Assembly (NCBI GenBank): GCA_051453625.1
Contig: JBOZIK010000001.1
Span: 19,239,404-19,259,403, forward strand
Reading direction: 5' to 3'
DNA: 20,000 nucleotides
DNA from: Welwitschia mirabilis
Taxonomy: Eukaryota
In this document: positions 9,850 to 19,569 of the stretch, one piece after another
How positions within the stretch are numbered: the stretch's first letter is position 1
How the letters are laid out: every line of letters starts with the position of its first letter
Position numbers and translations under genes: made by a program
Notes under the pieces: generated by a model
Database searches by the model: none
Seen by the model: the letters and a program-made list of their open reading frames with translations, nothing else
Told to the model about the DNA's origin: nothing

Positions 9850-10750
9850 CATTCATCAGTTTAGTCATACTGCACATCCTTTTGTAAGATGTTATTCAAA
9901 GGTTTAGCAATTTTACTAAAGTTGGATATGAATCTTCTATAATAGCCAACATGTCCTAAGAAAGATAAAAATTCTTTTATGTTGGTTAGGGGTGGGATAT
10001 CTTTTATAGCTTTAATTTTCTGCTCATTAGTTTCAATCCCTTTTTAAGATATCTTTTATCCTAATACTATGCCTTCTGTCACTATAAGATGACTTTTTGA
10101 CCAGCTGAGTCTAAGGCATTTTTCTTTGCATCTTTCTAAAGCTTTTTTTCAGTCTATTAAGTGACTCCTCAAAATCATTTCTAAACATTAAGAAATCATC
10201 CATAAATACTTCAACTGATCTTCCTATCATCTTGAAAAATGCTATTTACTAATATTTGAAAAGTAGCTAGAGCATTATAGAGTCCAAATGGTAGTACTTT
10301 ATAGGCATAAGTACCATAATAATAAGTGAAAGTTGTTTTGGCTTGATTCTCCAAAGCTACAAAAACATGGTTATAGCCGCTATATCCATCCAGAATGCTA
10401 TAGTATTGATGTCTAGATACTATTTCTAAAACTTGATCTATAAATGCAAGAGAAAAATGATCTTTATAAGTTGTAATATTTAACATTCTAAAGTCTATAC
10501 ATCCTCTCCATTTATTTCCTTTCTTTGATATAATTATCACAAGACTAACCCATTTTAAATCAGATATAGGATAAATGAATCCCATATACAAGAGTTTGAA
10601 AATCTCTTATTTAATTATCTCCTACATGTATGGGTTACATCTTCTTTCTAGTTACTGGCTTGGTTTAATAGAAGTATCTATATAGCTTCTATGTTAGCAT
10701 ATTTTTGAATATATTCCCTTAATATCTGTATGATCCTATGCAAAGTTTTT
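9850..10750 (-). pseudogene. pol: Reverse transcriptase domain of pol (decayed)
   Basis: ORF 10211-10591 contains GFIYPISD..WVS, WRGCIDFRMLN, LDGYSGYN, KTTFT and YKVLPFGLYNALATFQ. After a frameshift, VEVFMDDF (FMDD at 10195-10206), and FLGHVGYYRRFI further downstream. Confidence 0.95.
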
Positions 10751-10777
10751 TTTTCTTTTTAATGAACATCATTTAAG

Positions 10778-10798
10778 TTTTTTTTTTTTTTTTTTTTT
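10778..10798. repeat. T21 homopolymer in the PR-RT linker
   Basis: Read directly from the sequence. Confidence 0.9.
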
Positions 10799-11059
10799 GC
10801 CTATTGAGAATGAGTTAAATAATTATTAATGATCAAAGGTCTATTATGAGCTACTTCGATATACTCTAGTCTTCCTTAAGTGGAGGATTTTCTATCTCTT
10901 AAGCTGTAAAATCTTTCTTCTCATATTTTTCCTCATTTTTTTAATTTAGCATTAGATTAACTTACTATGTTACAATTGCATTGGTTCTTACTTTTGTGTT
11001 CTGTACCATTCTTCAACAATCACTACATCAGAAAGATTGATCTCCTTTTTAAGCTCTCC

Positions 11060-11410
11060 TAGACTGATTTCCATTACCCCTTTTCTAGAATAAATAATAG
11101 CATCTACTTTAGCCATCTAAGGTCTCCTTAGAATCGCTGCATGATATCCCCTTGAGTCTTCATCAGCAATGAGTCTATCAAGTAAATAAAACCTTGGAGT
11201 TCAATGGGTATATCCTTTAAAACTCCTTCTAGTGTCACTATTGAGCCATCTGCTAAGTACATTTTTCCTTTATTAAGGTCTTAGTTTTGGTTTTCTTAAT
11301 TCTTTATAAGTTTCATAGGTCATAACATTGATACTTACTCTACGATCGACAAGTACTTCTACTTTGAGTTTTCCATCAATTTTTACAACTATTATAGGTG
11401 TTATAGAATT
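11060..11410 (-). pseudogene. pol: Aspartic protease domain of pol (decayed)
   Basis: PIIVVKIDGKLKVEVLVDRRVSINVMTYETYKEL (degenerate LVDxGASINVM), followed by MYLADGSIVTLEGVLKDI and IL.RP*MAKVDAII. Confidence 0.85.
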
Positions 11411-11779
11411 GTTATACCTTTCATGTTGTTTATTTTGAAGAACTTGCATAGAAGTCCAAGAAACTTGATCCTTTATTACCATTTCAATTTATTTATTCTT
11501 CTTACTTTCTTTTTTTATTATTCTGTTTTAAACACATGCTTTTCATTTTTTTCTAATACAAAGGCATGTCTTTTAATAATTTTAAAAGAGGTAACGATAC
11601 TTTTGTTTCTTCTAATATCTTTATTAAATATTTTATATCCTTTTCAACTTTTGGATGTTTTATCTATTTACTACTTATTGGAAAAGGTAAAGAATTCACT
11701 AAGGTATCATACATTATTTTTCCCTTCTTTATTTTGGGAGTTACTTGAATTTTTATTCTTTCTCTATGATTCATATATC

Positions 11780-13230
11780 ACTTTCTGTTTCCTAGATCTA
11801 GTAGTTACTGCCTTACTTGTTGCTTCTCTAGGATTTGATTGAGGTTGAGTAGGGATTTTCCCTTCTTTTTTCTATATTTCTGATTTTTCTCTTTGGTCCT
11901 TTAAATCCATGTTTTTCTAATTTCTATAGTAATCATATTGTTCTTGCATTTTTAAATTTACATACCTTTGTAAATGACTTTCTATTTTACCTTCCCATTC
12001 TCTACTTTAATAAGAATATGGTTTCTTCCTAGTCTAAGGTTGATTTCTAGAATTTAAATACAATCTATTTATATCCAATCATTAAAAAAATTATTGCATC
12101 CAAGAACATTCTATTCCATCATGATTATTTTCTCCATAGTATTCACATGTAGGTCCTTCTTCCTTCTTAAAGTTTTGTACATCTAATCGATTAAACGTTT
12201 CTACTATACTACCAATCACTTTTTTAGCTACTCATTCCATTAGACTAATATATTTTTAGTTATACACACTACCATCTGCTTTTAGGGTACATACTTTATT
12301 TACCTTTTTCTTTTTTTCATTTTCTTATCTCCATCCTTGACTTATGTTATAAAATTGAGTGATTGCTACTCTTACTTCTTGAACATTATTTGTCTTGATA
12401 CTTCCTTTACATAACAAGCTTAACTCTTTCAACATTTGACTATGTAGTCCCCTAAGTAAGGCCCTAACTTGTTTCTTACATGTGATTCCATGATTAGGAC
12501 ATTTAGATAATAGTATATTATACCTGTCAATGAACTCATCAAATCTTTCATTATCTCTTTGTTTAATGTTCAAGATTTATTACCTTAGAAATTCAACCAT
12601 CCTTATGAGTTGAAATTTGACTAGGAAAGCATTTTTAAGATTTCCTCCATGAACTAAAAGCATTCTATATACCATAGTTATGCATCGCCTTTTAGATAAA
12701 ATGGAAAATATCTTAAAAAGTCTAATTCTGAGTCAAGATAGTTGGCTTTACAAAAGGCATCAATCAATCTTAGATGTAATAGGGGTTATTTGAATTTTTA
12801 CCTTCAAAAGTGGATATTGTAATAGTATTTATATTTCTGCTACTATAGGGTTGTATGATTAATAAGACTTAAATCTTCTAACCAATGGGTATCATGGTTT
12901 AATGGTCATGAATCTCCATCATCTTCCCAATAGCATCCTATTATAACTTACTTTCTAGACCTAAGTGAGATGATGAAAGAATGTTCCACTATCGTTGCTT
13001 AAATTCAATCATCAATTCAGGAAAGATTTATTCCTTTACCATTTTTCCGTGGGTAACTTCCTCCTCCATAGAATCTTCTTCTTCCACCTTTATTTTAACA
13101 TTATTTCTAGTCCACTCACCTAGACCATATTTATGCAGGTCTCTAACGTACCTACTTGTTTCATTCCACCATTTCCTTAGTTATCTTATTGAATCATAGT
13201 TTTTTTCATCTCTACTAGTTAACTTTAGAG
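11780..13230 (-). pseudogene. gag: gag (retrotransposon Gag domain with a degenerate CCHC zinc knuckle), interrupted by stops and frameshifts
   Basis: STFEGKNSNNP..LHL; FLRYFPFYLKGDA*LWY; NLKNAFLVKF; NIKQRDNERFDEFIDRYNILLSKCPNHGI (ORF 12325-12573); C-EY-[Y]-GENN-H-DGIE-C at 12106-12147; GKIPTQPQSNPRE at ~11825-11865. Boundaries are approximate. Confidence 0.88.
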
Positions 13231-13233
13231 TGG

Positions 13234-13250
13234 TCCTCCTTCTAGTATCA
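13234..13250 (-). promoter_or_regulatory. Primer binding site, complementary to the plant tRNA-Asn 3' end (degenerate)
   Basis: Minus strand reads TGATACTAGAAGGAGGA, 3 nt after the 5' LTR. It differs only by transitions from TGGCGCTAGAAGGAGGG, the complement of the plant tRNA-Asn(GTT) end ...CCCTCCTTCTAGCGCCA (recalled from memory). Confidence 0.75.
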
Positions 13251-13253
13251 AAA

Positions 13254-14212
13254 TGATGGGTGATTATATAGTAAAATAAGTGTAGAAAATATCACAAAAT
13301 AATATTAAATAATATAAAATAATACTTGAAAAATGTAGAAACTATGCTGCTATTAATCTAAAATAAGCTCACACCATTAAATAAAAATAACCAAAGGCTT
13401 ACTAAAGAACTAGTTGAGATTCAACCATTTAGTTCAAAATGCATCAACACAATAGTCTATAATTAAGTTACTTGAACTAGTCAAGTTGGTTTATTACTCC
13501 TAAGTTACTATGTACATATATTATACTAAGGGGAAATGAATAAAGTAATAAAACATGATAGAAATTAAATGAGTTACTGGAAAATACTTATTTGTAAATA
13601 CTATTAATTACCTTGATTTATGTTCAACTACACAAACAGGAGCAAATAGAGATCATATTACTTTTTAAGTAATAGAATATGCACACAATAATACATAACT
13701 ATGCTTTTTAACTTTATATTAAAATATCAATTGTTACATAAAGATGTGCTAAGGCTTGTGTTCTCCTTTGCAGGTTACACTTTGGAGTATGGAAAACATT
13801 GTTGTTTCCTTTACACAATAGTTGGAGCTCCCTTTCTTGACATTCTTTCTTAGTCTATTTCTAGAATGTTTTGCCAAAACAATCTCCACCTTTGATTATG
13901 ATTCTATTCTTATACCCTTATTTTTTTTTTTTGTTTCCATTCTTTACTCTTTAAGAATAGGTAGATGGTTAGGGTTGTTACTGCTTTTCTGCCACATCAA
14001 CCTTCTCTTTCATCTTGACGCCATAGGACATCCTATACCTAAAACACAATAATAAAATATACATACTCATCTACTAACATAATAACTAACTAACTTATTA
14101 ATTAGTAAATATATAGATAAATAAAAACATCTATTGTTATCCAAAATGCATAATTAATATAATGAAAACGCTTCATTAATAATTAAGATTTACATTAAAT
14201 TTATTCTCATTA
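13254..14212 (-). repeat. 5' LTR of Athila-like element 1 (959 bp)
   Basis: On + it starts TGATGGG at 13254 and ends TCTCATTA at 14212 (terminal CA changed to TA). It is a direct repeat of 146-1095 with many transitions and small indels, and lies 3 nt from the PBS. Confidence 0.95.
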
Positions 14213-14217
14213 GCTCC
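14213..14217. repeat. Target site duplication, right copy (GCTCC)
   Basis: Immediately follows the LTR end; 4/5 match to 141-145. Confidence 0.85.
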
Positions 14218-14870
14218 TTTCTCATCCACTAGACCAAAAACTCCCATTAAACAAAGTTATCTTCATACATGAAAATGGGAAAACTAAGATTTATTTTATC
14301 AATCTTAATGAAACTAGGGTCCTAATAATAAAATTATCCTTCTTTAGCAAAGATGATCAAGATTGTCCTATTCGGAATTTGATAGATGAAGTTCTTTAAG
14401 AGTTAGATAAGATATGGAATCCAAGAAATGTTTCCAACCTCAAAAATTATGGAAAAAGGGCTCATGCTTTGGTTAATGAGTATCTATTTTAAAGAAAAAA
14501 AGACTTAAAAGCTAAACTTGATAAAATAAATTCTCATGAAAATGAGGCTGCTATTAATCAAGATTCACTTGTTGTCCTCTTTGCCGTAAAAACAATTAAG
14601 TGTATGCTCATAACTAATACATGGTTAATTAGAGTTAAGTATTATATCCTTGAATGTGAACATAGGTTATCTTAAAAATTATTTAAGTAAATAATCTCAA
14701 TGATACTTGTATTACTATGTTCAACATCAGCAAGATGTGCAATAATTATCTCATAGAGTTTAGAACATGCAGATCAATATTGTAAGGGCTTCCAATCAAA
14801 CTTTTAGCTCTAATCCAATTAGAAGAAGAATGGAAAATTTTCATAGATATTTTAAACTAAGATTTTTTAT
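14213..14870 (+). pseudogene. Flanking ORF copy A (5' end at 120-145, split by element 1); probable homolog of the antisense ORF
   Basis: ATG at 120. From 14253: KVIFIHENGKTKIYFINLNETRVLIIKL...DCPIRNLIDEVL*ELDKI...YGKRAHALVNEYLF*RKKDLKAKLD...; after frameshifts, KMCNNYLIEF and RRRMENFHRYFKL. Confidence 0.6.
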
Positions 14871-14904
14871 GATGTTAGCTATGATGTTAGCTATGATGTT
14901 AGCT
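14869..14904. repeat. Perfect 12-bp tandem repeat (ATGATGTTAGCT) x3
   Basis: Read directly from the sequence. Confidence 0.95.
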
Positions 14905-15585
14905 ACATAATCCTCCCTTTAGGCTTTTATGGAATAGTTAACTATTTTTTAATTATTCCAAATAATAAGAAAGTAAGTCTTGTAATTGGTTTATTAATGA
15001 AATGTATCAGAAATATGTTATTGCTTGATCTTTTGTTGTAATTTAAAATTTATCCATGGTTGTCATTATTTTAATTAAATTTTTTTCCATTTTAAATTAA
15101 ATCAATCCTAACTCATAAGTAGAATTCAAACTTTTTTGACACTATACACCATAATTCTTATAAATCTTAGTAATGTCTTAAACAAATACTTAGATAATCT
15201 ATTCAACCTCAATTACCATTACATTATTACCATAAGACAAGGTCACTTACTATAGAAACTTTACCTTTGATGGTGTTGTACCATTACATAAACTTATCTG
15301 CCACCTCCCTTGTCTTATCTATATACATATAAACATACACATATCATGTGTGTGTGTGTAGATGGAAGGCAAGTATTCATTAAGGTTTTAGATTAGAATG
15401 CAGGTTATTGCTCCGCTAGTAATTGATAGGGTTCCCTATAAAAGTACAAACTTTTATTTTCTTTGTAATTATTCAAAAGATTAACATTAAAAAAAATCTA
15501 TATTTATCATTAAATCAATGAGTACCATAATCATTTTCTTATCCTTTACTAAAAGATAAAAGGCAAATAAAAATATGTTAATCAA

Positions 15586-15623
15586 TATATGTATATATAC
15601 ATATATATATCACACACACACAC
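15586..15623. repeat. Compound (TA)n/(CA)n microsatellite; a (TG)n run also lies at ~15347-15359
   Basis: Read directly from the sequence. Confidence 0.8.
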
Positions 15624-15866
15624 AACCCGACCACACACATAATTTATGAAATTCTTTCTAGTCTATAAGGATTTTTTAACTTTATTATAATTTCTTATTA
15701 TATACTTTCAATCCATGAACATTAACTGAATAGCTTTTATTATTTTAAATGTGAATTAATAAAACATTTATAAATGGAAGAGATAGCTACATGCAAATTT
15801 AAACAGATTATGGAAATCTCTTCTATGTTAAGTAATTTACATGCCTAATTCTCATGCACATCTATC

Positions 15867-16408
15867 ACTATGAGATTCCTAAAAATCTGTTATTTATTAA
15901 TACACATACAAACTTTGGAATTAGCCTTATTACTTTATTCTCAACTATCTTGATCTTATATTGCTTAATCCTTTAATCCTTTTTAAAATGAACTTCAATT
16001 GTTTCTCTACTCCTTCTTCATCCACTAGAAAAAAGTCCCCGTAAAAGAGTTACCTTTGTATCTGAAAATTGGATAACTAAGATTTATTTTATTAACCTAA
16101 ATGGAACTAGGGTCCTAGTAATAAACTTATCCTCCTCTAATGAAGGTGATCAAGATTGTCTTATGTGCAATTTAATAGATGAAGTTCTTTAGGAGTTAGA
16201 TAAGATATATAATTGTTGTAATGTTGTCAATCATGAAAATTGTGAAAGAAGGGCTCATGCTTTAGTTGATGGGAATCTATTTTAAAGAACAGAGAGATAA
16301 AAGATAAGCTTGATAAAATAAATTCTCATGAAAATAAGGCTACTGTTAATTAAGATTCACTTTTTTTTCCTCTTTTCCTTAAAAAGAATTAAATGTATGC
16401 CCATAACT
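15867..16408 (+). repeat. Tandem duplicate (period 1796 bp) of 1-145 + 14218-14615; contains ORF copy B (ATG 15988) and the empty insertion site
   Basis: Continuous alignment from ACTATGAGATTCCTAAAAA through TTTCTCT-ACTCC-TTCTTCATCCACTAG to TGTATGCCCATAACT. Translation: RKRVTFVSENWITKIYFINLNGTRVLVINL...LIDEVL*ELDKI...RRAHALVDGNLF*R. Confidence 0.93.
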
Positions 16409-16410
16409 TC

Positions 16411-17820
16411 TATTTGTGTATAACAGTGAGCTAGATTTAACTAGGTGAGAATATAGTATCATTCTTTCACAGGGATATATATGTGGTAACTAAATAAAAG
16501 AAACATAATTATTCTAACTTGCAATGAAAAATAAAATAAAACAAAAACCAAAAGTTTATTTTTGTAAGATGATCTTTGGTTGATGTCATAAGGGAATGAA
16601 AGTGCTCCAAAAATATTCCTAACTCATTCAATGCTTCACCTTCACTTCAAAATGACTCCTATATTTCTATAACAAAACTAAAGTTATAAAGTCATTAAGG
16701 CTTAGGCATGGATGCATAATCTCATTCACCACATAATTTTTAGTGAATTATTTAGTCCCTTTAATCCTTCCTAATCCTTCATAAGCATGGAAAGTATGAA
16801 TGAGTATGCACAAGATCCAATAAATAATAGTGATTATAATATCATAGAAGTAACCTCAAATAACTCACTTGGTTTACAAAAGAAATTGACAATAAAGTAG
16901 ATTCACCGAAGAATTGCTAATACCAATTTACTGTGCATTAATAATAAAAAAATAAAGCCTAATTAAGAACTAGCCTCACATAAAGATTGCTAATACCAAA
17001 TGAATTGTGCATTAATTAACTAAAAGATGAAAATCAATTCTTGTATTTTAAATCTAAAAATATACATTACATGAAAAAAAGAAAGGTGAAGATGAAGGAT
17101 TGCTTAGCTAACCTTGGAATAGTCCACCCCTAAGAAAGATAATTAGAATACCATGACATTCTAGTGCTCTAAGTCTTTTACATGTTATCCAACTAAAAGA
17201 TCCATTACAATGGGGGCCTAAGGCACTTTTATAAATAAGGGAAGGCTTGTAAAGCTTTATCATGATTGCATTAGGTGAACAGTTACATAAGGAGGAAGTT
17301 ATAATTTTTAACATGTAGCCATAAAGAAAGATTCTTTGTCTTATTTTTCAAAAATGGTGATGACATAACCTTTGATTGATGATGACACTATCAATAGATG
17401 CCATGTTATGATTCTTCCATGTAATCATCTTCACTGCAGCAACATGTCACTATGACGTGTCATTTTGTATGTCTGCCATATGTCAGTGAAGTTTCAGATT
17501 TTTTTGGATCAACTTGTAAGTTAGCCTAGAAGTGCAAGGTGATAAAATTTCTAAACAAGTGTAGAAATGTAAGATTAGTGAGATTTTGCCTTAGAAAGCT
17601 GATGATACTAGTAGTCTTGGATGGTGGTAACACCATTGTTTTCTAGAATTCCTTCAAGTTTTGCAATGTTCCTTAAGAGGTAGCAATAGACCTACTAATG
17701 TTAAAAGAAAGCTCATAGNNNNNNNNNNCATTTTATGATAAATTAATGAATTAAATATATTTTCCTATGCTAAATTAATCAATTATACTTAATTGTAAGG
17801 TCAATTTTTGCATGTAAACA
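16411..17820 (-). mobile_element. 3' LTR of a second Athila-like element (~1.4 kb, contains a 10-N gap at 17719-17728)
   Basis: Begins where homology to the duplicated unit stops. The termini TATTTGTGTATA...TGCATGTAAACA are inverted repeats differing only by transitions. It has an Athila-LTR-like AGTATCATTCTTTCACAGGGAT motif and a minus-strand TATAAAAG at 17226-17233, and is bordered by a PPT-like motif. Confidence 0.7.
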
Positions 17821-17858
17821 CACACCCTAATTAGACTTTTGCTAATATCTTAGCAAAA
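17821..17858 (-). promoter_or_regulatory. PPT / Athila pre-LTR motif of element 2
   Basis: Minus strand reads TTTGCTAAGATATTAGCAAAAGTCTAATTAGGGTGTG|TGTTTACA, the same layout as 1096-1135. Confidence 0.65.
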
Positions 17859-19569
17859 AGTTGATAAATACATGATCAACATGGAAAAAATTTTAAGTAT
17901 AGAAATGATATTATTTTTCAAAATTATTAATTAATTTTAATAAATAAGGCATCAAATCAAAAAATTTCTATAAAAATGAATGTCATACTCCCTAACCAAA
18001 AGTAAGCTTTGTCTTAAAAGTTATAAAGATAGAAAATTTGATATACATCTTTTCAGAATAAGTCAAGATTTCACATTACATGGTTTTTCATAGAAGGCTA
18101 GCAAATGATTTTGATGTAAGAATTTAGGAAAACTATAATGCAATCTTAGGGAAAATCAAACATGAAACCTAATAGAAATTACATCATCCACTAATTCAAA
18201 AAATATACTACCTAAGTTAATGACCACATTGATTAAAAATTCTATAAATTTTATTCTAAATCTAAATATATCATGTTGTAAAACAAACAAGATATCTTCT
18301 AAGTAAACCTACAAGCAATCAAAAATTAGTTAAGTAAATTTTTAAGTACACAAGTTGAAAAAAGTTATCACAAGAAACATCTCCAAATCCCAGCTTTTCA
18401 TTCCAAACTTTACCTTTTCCATGGTCGTACTTTGTTTCTTGTTTCAAGCATTTAGATCAAATTGGGCATCCAATGTTATGACATTTCATTATAACAAAGT
18501 TAAGCATGTTGATGTATGAAGGGGTTAGTATTGCATTACCAGGAAGCATTTATAACTCTGATGCATTTGAACATGTCGTAAAATAAATCATTAGAACTGC
18601 ATTGCCAGCAAGCATTCGTAGCCCCTACGCAGTTAACTATTTCTAATCGATTAATGTGTAATGTGTTTTTTGAAGAACAGATATTTCATTTCCTTTAAAT
18701 TATTTCTTCTCATATTCAATTAATTTTGATACACATAAAAGGGATCATTGGCTCATTAGCCTCATTAAGATAAATTTTGTTCCCATAAAATGCTTTGAAA
18801 AGAATTAATATAGCACGAAAGTAGATCTTACCTTAGTTCATCCACATTTCCTAATTAGGAGACTTTAAGTAAAACTACCCTTAACAAGATAACTTGAAAA
18901 TAAGAAAAACCATTTCTTAAGACACTAAAAGTAAACTTAAATTCTACCTAATTTACAATAATAAAGTAATCACTTATTATCAGTTTATTTCATTAAAAGT
19001 CATTAATAAAGATTATTTAATCTTAGAAGCTCATAAATGAATAGAAGGGAAGGGTGATTAGTAAACTTTAATAGGTGAAGCCAAAGTGGAAGGGATGGAT
19101 AATTGGGTTTGAGATGATGATGATTGAATCTAAAGTAAGAGTAAAGTTTGGAATTTCCTAGATGAAATGATTTAAGGTTAAGATTATACAAATAGTAGTG
19201 CTTAAGTGGTTTAAGATGAGAAAAGACATCAAGCATAAATGTTTTTAACATTTTTAATCTTTTTAATCTTAAATCTATCCTAAAAGCAAAAACTACTCTA
19301 AAAGAAAAATGTAACTTAAGATCACACACTAAAACTATAAATTTTGCAAGGGATTTTCCAAGGTATTGCATCCATGAAGGCTCAAGTTGATGAATGCCAA
19401 GGTTGGATAGTGTACTAAAATTATGCAAAACATTCAAAGATGAGAGAGAATCCATGTAAATATTTATTCATGAATTTATAAAAATTGAAAGAACATCAAC
19501 CCTCGTAGTAAAATTAATATGTTCAAAATCAAAAATCTTCCATCCTTTAGGCTATTTATGTTTACTCAA
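17821..19569 (-). mobile_element. 3' internal, largely non-coding region of element 2
   Basis: Directly upstream of the PPT on the minus strand; AT-rich with no recognisable pol motifs. Confidence 0.45.

Larger units (their letters stand above)
146..14212 (-). mobile_element. Full-length, decayed Ty3/Gypsy LTR retrotransposon, non-chromovirus Athila lineage (~14 kb including a 625-N gap)
   Basis: Paired ~950-bp direct repeats with TGATG...CATCA termini, a 5-bp TSD, PBS and PPT. Domain order on the minus strand is gag-PR-RT-RH-INT. Athila-type motifs: GKIPTQPQSNPRE..KAVTTRS, GFIYPISD.KWVS, KDHF.L.FIDQVLE, EVFMDDF, EFSDEHLF...PWYADI. No extra archaeal-type RNase H was seen between RH and INT (some Tat lineages carry one there). 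Confidence 0.95.

Noticed and set aside
11423-11842. Hydrophobic + strand ORFs (11423-11842, 11566-11748; also 4152-4397 and 12981-13199)
   Set aside because: These are antisense shadows of A-rich, Lys/Glu-rich minus-strand coding sequence, giving Phe/Leu-rich translations with no motifs.
15318-15640. Possible MITE bounded by TA/TG and TA/CA microsatellites
   Set aside because: The order of the simple repeats does not form true inverted termini, and no TSD was found.
14213-16408. Duplicated flanks as the LTR pair of a small element (TRIM)
   Set aside because: No TG...CA termini, PBS or PPT were found; the repeat is coding-like and its right end is set by a later insertion.
19003-19455. 150-aa minus-strand ORF, the longest gap-free ORF in the track
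   Set aside because: Leu/Phe/His-biased with no recognisable domain or second copy, so it cannot be supported as a gene; a decayed accessory ORF of element 2 is not excluded.
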